From positions 79,068 through 143,067 of the forward strand of contig CAYLRU010000005.1 of NCBI GenBank assembly GCA_964386565.1: a stretch of 64,000 nucleotides of DNA. The letters run 5' to 3'. Shown here piece by piece: positions 21,115 to 31,600 of the stretch. The number at the start of each line of letters is the position of its first letter. The first letter of the stretch is position 1. The notes under the pieces were generated by a model. It was not told the DNA's origin. It ran no database searches and worked only from the letters and a program-made list of their open reading frames with translations. A program made the position numbers and the translations under genes. This DNA is from an uncultured Desulfobacteraceae bacterium. Its GTDB lineage: Bacteria > Desulfobacterota > Desulfobacteria > Desulfobacterales > UBA5616.

Positions 21115-22119
21115 ATGGAAAGTACAAAGCACTTAAAAGTATCCGTCATTCTGGCACTGATCGTTCTTGCCATAGGTACCGCAGGCTACATGGTGATCGA
21201 AGGCTGGAGCTTTATTGATGCCTTTTATATGGCCGTTATCACCCTTTCTACCGTAGGGTATAGGGAAGTTCATGATATCAGCACCGCCGGAAGACTTTTC
21301 ACGGTATTTTTTGTTTTTTCAGGCGTAGGGTTTACCTTGTATGTGGCCGGCGCCATTGTTCAGTTTATGGTGGAAGGCCGAGTGCGGGTAATCATGGGGA
21401 GGAGAAGGTTGGATAAACAGATCAGTCATTTAAAAGGTCATTATATTGTTTGCGGATACGGCCGAATCGGCCGGGTTTTATGTCAAAACCTGACCAGGCA
21501 GAAGCCCATCGGTGTGGTGGTCATTGAAAATAATCCCGATCTGGTTCCTGTCATGGAACAGGATCAAATCCTTTATATCGTCGGAAACGCCTCGGAAGAG
21601 AACATTTTATTAAGAGCCGGTATAAAAAAAGCCAAGGGGCTGGTCGCAGCCCTGGCAACGGATGTGGATAACGTTTTTCTTGTTCTGACGGCAAGGCAAC
21701 TGGCACCGGAACTGATTATTATGGCAAGGGCCGGTACTGGTGAAGCAGAAGCAAAGCTCAGGGCCGCAGGCGCCAATCACGTGGAATCCCCCTATGAACT
21801 GGGAGCGAGAAGCATGGCCCAACGGATACTGCGGCCCACGGTTACCAACTTCATTGACCTGGCATTTGCCCATAAACGAAAAGATATTCAAATGGAAGAA
21901 ATTCCGGTTGACGCATCATCGGAATTGGCAAATGTCATGCTGAAGGATTCCGGGATTCGCCAAAAATTCAACCTCATCATTATCGCCATAAAAAAAGCCG
22001 ACGGCACAATGATGTTCAATCCTTCCTTTGAAGCAGTGATGACCCCGGGCGATACATTGATAGCAGTGGGAGAGGACAAAAATCTTCAGAAACTTGAGAA
22101 AATTTTAAATCCCGGGTAA
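21115..22119 (+). CDS. 2-TM potassium-channel-like protein with RCK (TrkA-N/TrkA-C) domain; filter reads TVGYR
   Basis: Pore helix and filter TLSTVGYREV (21250-21264), Rossmann motif VCGYGRIGR, C-terminal TrkA-C-like domain. Confidence 0.8.
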   Translation: MESTKHLKVSVILALIVLAIGTAGYMVIEGWSFIDAFYMAVITLSTVGYREVHDISTAGRLFTVFFVFSGVGFTLYVAGAIVQFMVEGRVRVIMGRRRLDKQISHLKGHYIVCGYGRIGRVLCQNLTRQKPIGVVVIENNPDLVPVMEQDQILYIVGNASEENILLRAGIKKAKGLVAALATDVDNVFLVLTARQLAPELIIMARAGTGEAEAKLRAAGANHVESPYELGARSMAQRILRPTVTNFIDLAFAHKRKDIQMEEIPVDASSELANVMLKDSGIRQKFNLIIIAIKKADGTMMFNPSFEAVMTPGDTLIAVGEDKNLQKLEKILNPG

Positions 22120-22138
22120 TTTTCCGCTTACGAATTCA

Positions 22139-22726
22139 TCATATTTTATATATGATCCGTTCTTCCGTGATAATGATGTCCACATACTTGTCGTGGGAGG
22201 CCATGGGCACCTGGGAAATGATCTGGCTCTCAAAGGCCAGGGCCACTTTTCGGGTGGTAGCCGGAAGTTTCGGAATAAGCCTGTCATAATATCCCTCGCC
22301 GGTACCGATCCGCCCGCCTTTTTCATCAAAAGCAACGCCCGGAATAATCGCAATATCGATAAAGTCTATGGGCACAATCTTGCAGATTCCTGAGTCCGGC
22401 TCCAATATACCGCGCGGGCCTGGAATAAGATCGGATTCCGGGTTGTCCACCTTCATCAATTTCATACGGTGCTTTTCAGCATTAAAAGACGGCAATACAA
22501 CGACCTTGTTAATGGCGTAACACTGCTTGATAATTCCTTCAGTGGGGACCTCGTTTTCTTTTTGAATATACAACAACGCGATGCCGGCTTCGAGAAAATT
22601 AGCAAACGCAAACAGCCTGTTGGCAACCCGCATGGTTTTTTCCGATCGTACCGCCTCTGAAAATTCGCTTATTTTTTTAGAAATCTCTTTTCTGATTTCA
22701 TTCTTTGTTTCCCGTATATCGTCCAT
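22139..22726 (-). CDS. 5-formyltetrahydrofolate cyclo-ligase
   Basis: Size and layout fit (KNEIRKEI...; IIPGVAFDEKGGRIGTGEGYYDR). Confidence 0.8.
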   Translation of the reverse strand: MDDIRETKNEIRKEISKKISEFSEAVRSEKTMRVANRLFAFANFLEAGIALLYIQKENEVPTEGIIKQCYAINKVVVLPSFNAEKHRMKLMKVDNPESDLIPGPRGILEPDSGICKIVPIDFIDIAIIPGVAFDEKGGRIGTGEGYYDRLIPKLPATTRKVALAFESQIISQVPMASHDKYVDIIITEERIIYKI

Positions 22727-22877
22727 TATCCTCTCCGGTATTTGTATGAGATTAAAGCTGCTAATATACCGATTTTACCATAAAAGTCAACTTATAATAA
22801 TGATTGACTAAAACAGGGCAACATAATATATTTATAATTTTAAGAAAATCGCCATATAAAACACAACAGGGATAACA

Positions 22878-24152
22878 ATGCTTGATATCAAGTTCATCAA
22901 TCAAAACTTTTCACTGGTTCATCAATCCATGGTAAACAGGGGCATGGAATTCGATCTTGACGTATTTGAAAAAATCGATGCCGCCAGAAAAGCCGCGCTC
23001 CTTGAAATCGAGGATCTCCGGCATAACCGGAATAAAGTTTCCGAGGAAATCGCGGAATTAAAAAAACAAAAAAAAGACGCAGAATCACTCATTCTTGAAA
23101 TGAGAGAGGTCTCAAACAAAATAAAAGAACTGGAAAAGTCCCTGGCTGAAAACGAAGAAAAGATGCGTCACATTCTTTTTCAGATCCCCAACATCCCCCA
23201 TGAATCCGTGCCTGTGGGAAAAACGGAGAATGAAAATCTTCCGGTTAGAACCTATGGCGATCCGCCGGTATTTGAATATGATCCAAGGCCCCACTGGGAT
23301 ATCGGCCTTGATTTGGGAATTCTTGATTTTGAAAGGGCCTCAAAAATTGCCGGGGCAAGGTTTCCTTTATATTTCGGCGCCGGTGCAAGACTCGAACGCG
23401 CCCTGATCAACTTTATGCTCGATGTTCACACCAATATCAACGGGTACAAAGAAGCGCTGCCCCCGTTTATCGTCAATCGTCAAAGCATGACCAACACGGG
23501 CCAGCTCCCTAAGTTTGAAGAAGATCTCTTTAAACTGGAGGGATGGGACTATTTTCTGATCCCCACAGCGGAAGTACCGGTCACCAATATTCACCAGGGT
23601 GAAATTCTTGATGAAGACCTTCTGCCGGTATATTATGTGTCTTACACGCCCTGTTTTCGATCCGAGGCCGGATCTTATGGGAAAGATACCAGGGGACTGA
23701 TCCGTCAGCACCAGTTTAACAAGGTTGAACTGGTCAAGTTGACAAAACCTGAAACATCGTATGAAGAACTCGAAAAATTGCTCAACAATGCAGAGGATAT
23801 TTTACGGAAACTGAACCTCCCCTACCGGGTGATAACGCTGTGCACGGGTGATCTGGGGTTTTCCGCTGCAAAAACCTATGACATCGAGGTTTGGATGCCG
23901 TCCCAAAATGTGTACAGGGAAATCTCTTCCTGCAGCAATTTTGAATCCTTCCAGGCCAGGAGGGCAAATATCCGGTTTAAAAGAAAAGGGAAAAGGGGGA
24001 CCGAATTCGTTCACACCTTAAACGGTTCAGGTCTTGCCGTGGGCCGGACCACAGCCGCTATTCTGGAGAATAACCAGCAAAAAGACGGTACGGTTGTTAT
24101 ACCCGAAGTCCTGAGGCCTTATATGGGCGGAATGGAAAGAATCGAAAAATGA
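22878..24152 (+). CDS. serS: seryl-tRNA synthetase
   Basis: N-terminal coiled-coil arm and class II motifs ([25 protein letters not shown]; [12 protein letters not shown]). Confidence 0.95.
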   Translation: MLDIKFINQNFSLVHQSMVNRGMEFDLDVFEKIDAARKAALLEIEDLRHNRNKVSEEIAELKKQKKDAESLILEMREVSNKIKELEKSLAENEEKMRHILFQIPNIPHESVPVGKTENENLPVRTYGDPPVFEYDPRPHWDIGLDLGILDFERASKIAGARFPLYFGAGARLERALINFMLDVHTNINGYKEALPPFIVNRQSMTNTGQLPKFEEDLFKLEGWDYFLIPTAEVPVTNIHQGEILDEDLLPVYYVSYTPCFRSEAGSYGKDTRGLIRQHQFNKVELVKLTKPETSYEELEKLLNNAEDILRKLNLPYRVITLCTGDLGFSAAKTYDIEVWMPSQNVYREISSCSNFESFQARRANIRFKRKGKRGTEFVHTLNGSGLAVGRTTAAILENNQQKDGTVVIPEVLRPYMGGMERIEK

Positions 24153-25651
24153 AATTCAATGATTTTCCTGAAAATATCAAGCCCTATCTTGTTCCAAAAG
24201 AACAGGGGGAATTGATATACCGATGCCTGGGATGCGGCGAGGAATTTGCAATCGATAATCTATTGTATATCTGCCCGCACTGCGGTCAGGTGTTGTTGAT
24301 TTATGATAAACATTTTGACCGGTTTAAGGAAATCGCCCCTGAAACCTGGCACAGGATTTTTGACTATCGAAAAATGCTTTCCATGCCTGCGTTAAAGGGA
24401 ATCTACCGGTATCATGAATTCATCGGGCCTGTTATTCCGCTGGATGCCGTCTTATACCTGGGTGAAGGGCATACACCGGTTATTGAAGCAAATACCGTTT
24501 TAAAAGAAGCCGTCGGGATAAAGTTCTATTATAAAAACGACGGCCAAAACCCCAGTGCCTCGTTTAAAGACCGCGGAATGGCTTCTGCTTTGAGCTACAT
24601 TTCATTTTTAATTCGAACGGGAAAAGTCTCCGAGGTTTTGGCGGTCTGCGCTTCAACAGGGGACACCAGTGCATCCGCAGCCCTGTATGCGTCTTATCTG
24701 AATCCGCATATCAAATCCGCGGTACTGCTTCCGCATAAAAAAGTGACCCCCCAGCAGTTGTCCCAGCCTTTGGGCAGCGGTGCCACGGTATTTGAAATTC
24801 CCGGTGTTTTTGACGACTGCATGAAAATCGTTGAATCTTTGTCGGAAAATTATCCTGTTGCCCTGCTCAATTCCAAAAATGCCTGGCGTATCCTTGGACA
24901 GGAATCCTACTCCTATGAAATTGCCCAGGATTTTGAATACCGGATGGACGACAAGGTGATTGTTGTTCCCATTGGGAATGCAGGAAATCTTTCAGCGGTC
25001 ATGAACGGTTTTCTGAAGTTTTTTGACACCGGCATCATTACATCCCTGCCGAAAATTATCGGTGTCCAGTCCGATCATGCAGACCCGGTGTATCGGTATT
25101 ACCGGGAAAACGACGCTGCTAAAAGAAAATTCGTTCCCATTACCGTTAAGCCCAGTGTGGCCCAGGCTGCAATGATCGGCAATCCCGTATCCATGCCGAG
25201 AATTATTCACATCGTCGACCAGTATAACCGAAAGTCGAAAAAGCAGAATGTCTTTTTTGTCCGGGTAAAAGAGCAATCCATCATGGATTGGGAGTTGACG
25301 GCAAACAGGAACGGCCACATCGCCTGTACCCATGGTGGGGAATCATTGGCAGGTCTGGTCGAAGCCCTGCGTCTCGGGATTGTTGATCCAAAGGAAACAG
25401 CCATTCTGGATTCAACAGCCCATGCGATTAAATTTTCCGGTTTTCAGGATATGTATTTTGAAAATCGTTTTCCCGAGGAGTTTGAAGTCTCCTCAAAGGT
25501 TGAACTGATCAATTCACCGATCTATATCCATCCCGGGGATTTGAAACAAGTGCCACAACCGGGAAAACCATTGCAGCCGGAAGAAATGGCGGTTTTCATC
25601 CGGCGTGTTTCCGAGGATATTGCGTCTTACCTGAAATTACGGAAAAATTAA
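24149..25651 (+). CDS. thrC: threonine synthase with N-terminal zinc-ribbon
   Basis: PLP lysine motif [15 protein letters not shown] loop, N-terminal CLGCG...CPHCG. The start overlaps the serS stop (ATGA at 24149-24152). Confidence 0.8.
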   Translation: MKFNDFPENIKPYLVPKEQGELIYRCLGCGEEFAIDNLLYICPHCGQVLLIYDKHFDRFKEIAPETWHRIFDYRKMLSMPALKGIYRYHEFIGPVIPLDAVLYLGEGHTPVIEANTVLKEAVGIKFYYKNDGQNPSASFKDRGMASALSYISFLIRTGKVSEVLAVCASTGDTSASAALYASYLNPHIKSAVLLPHKKVTPQQLSQPLGSGATVFEIPGVFDDCMKIVESLSENYPVALLNSKNAWRILGQESYSYEIAQDFEYRMDDKVIVVPIGNAGNLSAVMNGFLKFFDTGIITSLPKIIGVQSDHADPVYRYYRENDAAKRKFVPITVKPSVAQAAMIGNPVSMPRIIHIVDQYNRKSKKQNVFFVRVKEQSIMDWELTANRNGHIACTHGGESLAGLVEALRLGIVDPKETAILDSTAHAIKFSGFQDMYFENRFPEEFEVSSKVELINSPIYIHPGDLKQVPQPGKPLQPEEMAVFIRRVSEDIASYLKLRKN

Positions 25652-25697
25652 CAGGGTGCCATGTTAAGGCGCCTGTTTCCCATTTCAGGGAAACACG

Positions 25698-27569
25698 GTG
25701 TTTTTAATGATGAAAATTTTATACCATACTGTTGGACTATTATTTGTTTTCATTATCCTGGCCTGTTCAGCATCTGGCGCATTTTTATATAAAAACTACG
25801 TTATTCAGCATGATCAGGGATGGGACATCCTCTGTGATCCTTATATTGTCCAGAAAAATGACTGGGTTATTAAACTTTTTCAACGGCGGGGCCAGATATC
25901 GGAACAGGATTTTCCCGAATTTTTAAGGATTTTTCAGCGCTTGAATCCGCATATCCATGATGTTAACAAAATCCTGCCCGGCCAGAACATTCTGATCCCC
26001 TTAAAAAAATTGGGGAAAGACACCCTGCCCGGTCAATCTTCCGGGATTGTCACCATCCCTTTTGTCACCATCTCCAAGTTACCGGACATTATTAAAGGAA
26101 ACTCAACACCCCATACCGTAAAACCGGGGGAGTATGTCTCCGGAATCATTTCGTCCGAATTCGGCAGATATGGTTCAAAATCCTATAATGAGGGCATACA
26201 GCTTTTCAAGCTGATCAATCCCGGCATTGTCGATTTAAACCGCATTTATCCCGGACAGGTCCTCCATATTCCCAATGCCGCCCTTAAAAGAAAGGCCTGG
26301 TATGCATCCCTTTTCACTGAGTCCGGTAAAATCAACAAGGACCTTGATATCAGCGGCATTATCGCATCCACGGAAAAACTGATGCAAGCCCCGGCTGAAA
26401 CAAACCCTCCTGATTCATCAAAGCCCACCTCTGTCTTAACAGGTCTGCGAACGCCTTTGTTTGAAGCGGCAAATGCCCTGCATGCCAAAATATTTACCCG
26501 GGGAACGTATTACTTCCCCAGAAAAAGACAAAAAGATTTAGAGCTCGACCTGACCCGATATCCCGTAATGGAACTTGCGACCGGTCAAAAATTTCTTTTC
26601 AGCGAAAATGATGATTTCCCCGAAGCGGACAGAGCCATACTGCGATCCCATTGGCCGGGATTAAAAATCATCCCCATATCGTTTCAGTCTTCTTTTGAAG
26701 AAATTTTAGACGCCATATTCAGGTCTGACAAGCGTTTTAACGTGAAAAACAGGCTGACCCTTGAACACCAGGGAATACACATCGATATCAACGCCAAATG
26801 GATTGTTCGATCAAATCTCTTGTCAGTACCTGTTGATAAAAATCCGAAAACGTCCTGTATTTTTATTGTGGGACTGAACGACGGCATTATGCCCGATCCG
26901 ATAAAGCAGTACCTGGCGGATCTTGACATTCTGGTCAAGGAGATCGGAAAAGACGGGAATCTGATTGAAAATTCGGGGAAAAGCATATGGAACGAAAAAC
27001 CAGGCAAAAGCATGATATTACCCGGATTTTACGAAAATCAAAGAAATTTTATACACCAGTTGGTGTCAATGATGAAATATCAATACGCCGAAAATATCGA
27101 TATTTCATTTCCCTATGCCGGTATCCAGGTCCACGCCCTTTCAAATCTTATATCCACGCCCAAGGGGGAACAACTGCTTGTGGATTATGGCGATCTATAC
27201 GGAGATGCCGTATCGTCCATTAAAAATTCAGGGCTTCGCATCATTCAGCTCTCCAGCGAAGATCACTGGACGGATATTGTCAGGAAAATCACGACCGGCC
27301 TGAACCTTACCCTTACCGAACGACCATCCTTTAAAGCGGCCAACAGGAGTGATGATTATAATATCTATTTGAATGTACCCGGATTCAGGATTGAAACGCC
27401 TGAGAAAAAACGTTATCTTATCACACGATCCCACCTGCACCCTGAATTAAAAAAATTTTTCACTGCAATCGGAATCGAGGTAATGATGATACCTGACGCC
27501 GCAGGATTTCAGCCGGCATCAACCCCTGTCATGCATGATCTCCTGTATACCGGCGGCAATACGGGATAA
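25698..27569 (+). CDS. secreted or lipoprotein with two LysM-like peptidoglycan-binding modules and a ~400-aa unknown C-terminal region
   Basis: Signal peptide ending ILAC. LysM-like segments YIVQKNDWVIKL...ILPGQNILIP and HTVKPGEYVSGI...IYPGQVLHIP. The start could be the ATG at 25707 or 25710. Confidence 0.6.
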   Translation: MFLMMKILYHTVGLLFVFIILACSASGAFLYKNYVIQHDQGWDILCDPYIVQKNDWVIKLFQRRGQISEQDFPEFLRIFQRLNPHIHDVNKILPGQNILIPLKKLGKDTLPGQSSGIVTIPFVTISKLPDIIKGNSTPHTVKPGEYVSGIISSEFGRYGSKSYNEGIQLFKLINPGIVDLNRIYPGQVLHIPNAALKRKAWYASLFTESGKINKDLDISGIIASTEKLMQAPAETNPPDSSKPTSVLTGLRTPLFEAANALHAKIFTRGTYYFPRKRQKDLELDLTRYPVMELATGQKFLFSENDDFPEADRAILRSHWPGLKIIPISFQSSFEEILDAIFRSDKRFNVKNRLTLEHQGIHIDINAKWIVRSNLLSVPVDKNPKTSCIFIVGLNDGIMPDPIKQYLADLDILVKEIGKDGNLIENSGKSIWNEKPGKSMILPGFYENQRNFIHQLVSMMKYQYAENIDISFPYAGIQVHALSNLISTPKGEQLLVDYGDLYGDAVSSIKNSGLRIIQLSSEDHWTDIVRKITTGLNLTLTERPSFKAANRSDDYNIYLNVPGFRIETPEKKRYLITRSHLHPELKKFFTAIGIEVMMIPDAAGFQPASTPVMHDLLYTGGNTG

Positions 27570-27591
27570 TGAGAATTCAGAGAGGTTTTTT

Positions 27592-28410
27592 ATGAATCAA
27601 CTGACAAAAAATACGTTCCGGATGATAAATCTGAAAATAACGCCTTATTTTTCTATCCGCTGTTTTTTCCGGTTGATCATTATTCTGCCGTTTTTTTTCA
27701 CTGCCTGCAAAACCACGCCTGATCGTGCCAGCAATAATCCGGCCATAAACAAGCGCAACATGGGTGAAGCCAATATGCTGCAGGGAAATTATACCGCGGC
27801 ATTGAAAGAGTTGCTTGATGCGGAAAAACTCAACCCCCGGGACCCTGTTATTCAGAATTACCTGGGAATCACATATAAAAATAAAAACATGCCGGATAAA
27901 GCCATCGAGCATTTTAACAAGGCGTTAAGTTTAAAGCCGAATTACTCGGTTGCCCGGAACAACCTGGGAACCGTCTACCTGGATAAAGAAGAATGGGATA
28001 TTGCCATCGGCTATTTCAAATCGGTTCTGGATGATGTCCTTTATATGACGCCCCATTTCCCTTTGTCCAATATCGGCTGGGCTTATTTTAATAAAGGTGA
28101 TTTTTCAACTGCAAAATCCTATTATCTGAAAGCCCTTGAAATCCAGCCTGATTTTATAATCGCCTTAAACGGGCTCGGGCAAATCCACATGGCCCTTAAA
28201 GACTATGAGCAGGCTGTTTTGATTTATGAAAAAATTGTCAGCAAAGTCCCCTCTATACCCGGCTTTCAATTGAAACTCGCCGAGGCGTACGAGTTTAGCG
28301 GCAACCGGCAAAAAGCTGTTTATCATTATTCGCGCTTTCTCCAATTAGCGCCGCACAATCCCAAAAAGGCTGAAATCCAGGCAAAGATAAAATCCTTACG
28401 CGCTCAATAA
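27592..28410 (+). CDS. pilW: TPR lipoprotein, type IV pilus biogenesis/stability protein PilW (PilF)-like
   Basis: Lipobox FFTAC and six TPR-like repeats with the PilF/PilW pattern (...VLDDVLYMTPHFPLSNIGWAYFNKGDFSTAKSYYLKALEIQPDF). AGAGG SD before the ATG at 27592. Confidence 0.65.
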   Translation: MNQLTKNTFRMINLKITPYFSIRCFFRLIIILPFFFTACKTTPDRASNNPAINKRNMGEANMLQGNYTAALKELLDAEKLNPRDPVIQNYLGITYKNKNMPDKAIEHFNKALSLKPNYSVARNNLGTVYLDKEEWDIAIGYFKSVLDDVLYMTPHFPLSNIGWAYFNKGDFSTAKSYYLKALEIQPDFIIALNGLGQIHMALKDYEQAVLIYEKIVSKVPSIPGFQLKLAEAYEFSGNRQKAVYHYSRFLQLAPHNPKKAEIQAKIKSLRAQ

Positions 28411-28620
28411 ACAATCCTTGTCATGAAGCCACCCGCCCTTTCGGGAAACGGTTCGTGACCATCTCACCCTGGGGGCGGGTTTAAAACCCGTTCCTGCATT
28501 TTTTGCAAAAGAAAAACAGATAAACCCGTACCAAAGGTAAAGGAGTATGATACCCATTGCCTGGGACAGGCCGGCACCAGGAAAATACGACGACCATAAC
28601 CTGTTATTTTTGTGGACTCA

Positions 28621-28662
28621 TAAAAAAGGCGGCTTACCGTTTACCGGGTAAACCGCCTTTGT
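28621..28662. terminator. bidirectional rho-independent terminator between the pilW-side and giant-gene transcripts
   Basis: Stem AAGGCGG (28626-28632) / CCGCCTT (28653-28659) with further inner pairing. Flanked by an A-run on the left and TTT-rich sequence on the right. On the minus strand it is followed by TTTTTT, 30 nt after the giant-gene stop. Confidence 0.6.
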
Positions 28663-28689
28663 ATTTCTTCTGCTGCAACTCCAGCTTTA

Positions 28690-31600
28690 CTAATAGGTCA
28701 ACTCCTGAATGGAACCGGAACATCCCGGCGCCGTAGTCGTATCGCATGTGGGGGTATAGGTAAAGATAAAGTCTCCCATATTAAGCATCGGCCCGATGAT
28801 AAAAGGATTATTGGTCGCCGGGTTGGTGATATCCCGCCATGTTCCCGGAGCAGTATAGCCGTCGGCATAAGTATAATGAAAAATAACTTCCTCATCATCG
28901 CCGATTTTTTGCACAACGGTGAGATCAGATCCCGCAATGGGGGGATTGCCGTTTTCATCCTGAATATAGACTTTAAAAGTGATAAATTGTCCATTAATTT
29001 CATCAAATATGTCCATATCGCATTCACCGGAAAACAACACGGGCATCCGGGTCATGATGCGGTTGAACATGCCCTCCTTACTTTCAATCCATACGGGCGT
29101 TCCTGTATCCACGCCTGTTCCGGCCTGGTAGAAATTGATGCCTTCACCGCCGATGAAGAGCGTGCCGTTGTCATAGGCCAGGGAATGCTGGGCAAACAAG
29201 GTGGTATCATCCGGCGGTTCAAACTGGGGCAGGCCGGTATTGGCCTCGATCCAGTCTTCGTCTTTTAATTCACCGGTTGTCTCATCTATGCCGATGGAAT
29301 ACACATTGCTCACCGCATGGGGTTCCAGGGCACCTTCAAAATAGGTTACCGCATAAAGGCGGTCATTGTCGTTTGCGACCCCGTCGCTCGCCACCACCAG
29401 GTCTTTGATATGCTGTTCCCTGTCCCGGGTGGTGCTGAAGGTAAAGAAATCCCCTTCCGCGAAATCGAGGTATCCATCGGCGATGTTAAACGTCAACACA
29501 TCGGCAATGACGTAATCGCCCGTTGTGATGTCGTAAAGGTCCACGCCGGTAACGTCCCCTGAAATACTTCCCTTCACGCTGAAACGGCCGCCGTTTTCAA
29601 CTTCTTCTTCACAGGTAACGGTCCAGGTCTCGGAAAGCGCATCCCGTCCCACTTCCACAATGGTCATGATGCCGGTCCCGGTATTGTAAACATCCGGTTC
29701 GGGGCTTGTCGCGTTCAGCCCTTTTCCGAATCCGTCATTTTTCGGTATCCATGTAACGCCATTGTCGGAACTGTACCAGACGCCGGCCGACTCCGTCCCG
29801 ACATAAATCACATTTTGGGTGGGATGACAGGCTATGGCCATAATGTTGTCCCCCCCAAATCCCTCAGTGGGAATCCATTGCAGCCCGCCGTTGGTACTGC
29901 GATACACGCCTTTTCCGGTTGCCGCGTATAATTCGGCGTTTACGCCGGAAGCCCCGGGTTTTTTGACGATATCCCGCACGGTTCTGTTCTCGCCCAACCC
30001 GCTGTCGTTCAAGGTAAACGTAAACTCATCTCCCGGCGCAAAAGGCGTTGATCCTTCTTCGATGAGGAAGTAAAGTTCGTAGCCGTCGGTCACGTACGGG
30101 ATTCCGGTTTCCGCACGATTTTCCTGGACCCCGGATTCGCTGCCTCTAACCTCCCAGTTGGCGGTGGCAATGGTTTCGAATTGCCAGAAATCCCCGGTTC
30201 CGTAAAAATTCGTATCCCAAGATATGGTAAAGGACACATCACCGTTGTCAGAAGTGTAGGCCACGTCAGTTCTGGCGATATTGGCCTGATCGCCCGAAGC
30301 ACTGCCGTTAACCTGCCAGCCGTCGGCAACGGTATGGAACGTGAAGACATCTCCGTTTACGAAAACATCGGTTTCAGAGATAAAAAAGGTCACTTCCCCA
30401 CCCGAGGATGTAAACGACACACCCGGATCAGCCTTATATAAACCATGGTTTTCGGTCTGACTTCCCCATTTGGATATCACTTCAAATTGATTTTCCGCTG
30501 CATTCACGCAGGTCACTGTCCAGTCTTCCGTTTTGGTGCTGGGGGAAAGGGAGGTGACAAACAACTCGCCGTTGGTATTCTCGATACGGCTCTTTCCGTC
30601 ATAGGTGGTTCTGAAAACAAACGTGTCACCGATGGTGAACAGGCCGGTTTCCACGATTCTGAACGTGACTTCACCTGAATCCGTCGTATAGGGCTGGGAT
30701 ATATCATCATAATTCGAATTTCCAAGGGAGATGGATCCTGTTACCGTAAACTTGGGATCCACCCCGACGCCACCATCGTAACAGGTTACGGTCCAGGTTT
30801 CGTTCCGGCCTCCGGTTACCGCGTCCACATAGAGAATGCCGGCTTCTTCACCCACCGTATCCCCATTCGGAATAACTTTGGCACCATACCCGCCGAGGTA
30901 AGTCGCCGTCCACGTCTCGGTGCCGGCGTTCTCATCCACCGCGTCCACGGTCATGGTGCCGCCGGCCTGGCTGCCGGAAACATCGGTTAAAACCGGGGTT
31001 GTTGATGTGATACCGATACGCTCGTAGCTTAATGTCCAGTTTTCGGTCACCGAAGCGGCGGACAGCGTTAAATCCGAAACAGTTCCGTCACCGGTATTGG
31101 CCGGGTTTGTCAAAATAGTTTCATCCGGATCCTGCCAATCCGTTGGCCCGATTGGATCAACCCATCCTCCCCAATGAAAATTTATGACATCATCATCACC
31201 GTTTTCGACAAAAACAACTCCCCTGCCGGCGGTTCCGGCCCACACATAATCGCTTCCGTCATCGCATAAAATGGATAAAACCGCATTATTATCCGAAAAA
31301 ACGCCGTACCACTCTTCGGGGTTTTCATTGCTGTTCCACGTATACCCGCCGTTTACACTGCGGTAGATGTTTCCCCGTCCCAAATAGCCGGTGGCTGCAA
31401 ATATCGTATTCGGGTCATCCGGGTCAATACTGATATCATTGACATACGGATCGATGATATTCTGACCCACATTGTCACCGGTGGACCAGCTGACGTTTGT
31501 CCATGTCCTTCCGCCATCCTCTGATTTATAAACCCCGCCGCCGTCCGTTCCGGCATAAACAAGCTCACTCTGGGCATCAAAATAACTGTCAATGGACGTG

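Noticed and set aside
28431-28504. Mutually exclusive hairpins downstream of pilW (ACCCGCCC 28431-28438 with GGGCGGGT 28473-28480, versus CGGGTT-TAA-AACCCG at 28476-28490), considered as a riboswitch or attenuator.
   Set aside because: It lies after the stop codon, not in a 5' leader. I recognise no riboswitch core and the U-tract is displaced. It is most simply a weak terminator region ahead of the stronger one at 28621-28662.
28547-28651. 34-aa plus-strand ORF after AAAGGAG in the pilW-giant gene spacer.
   Set aside because: The SD ends only 1 nt from the ATG, and the ORF runs through the terminator hairpin at 28626-28659. No motif.
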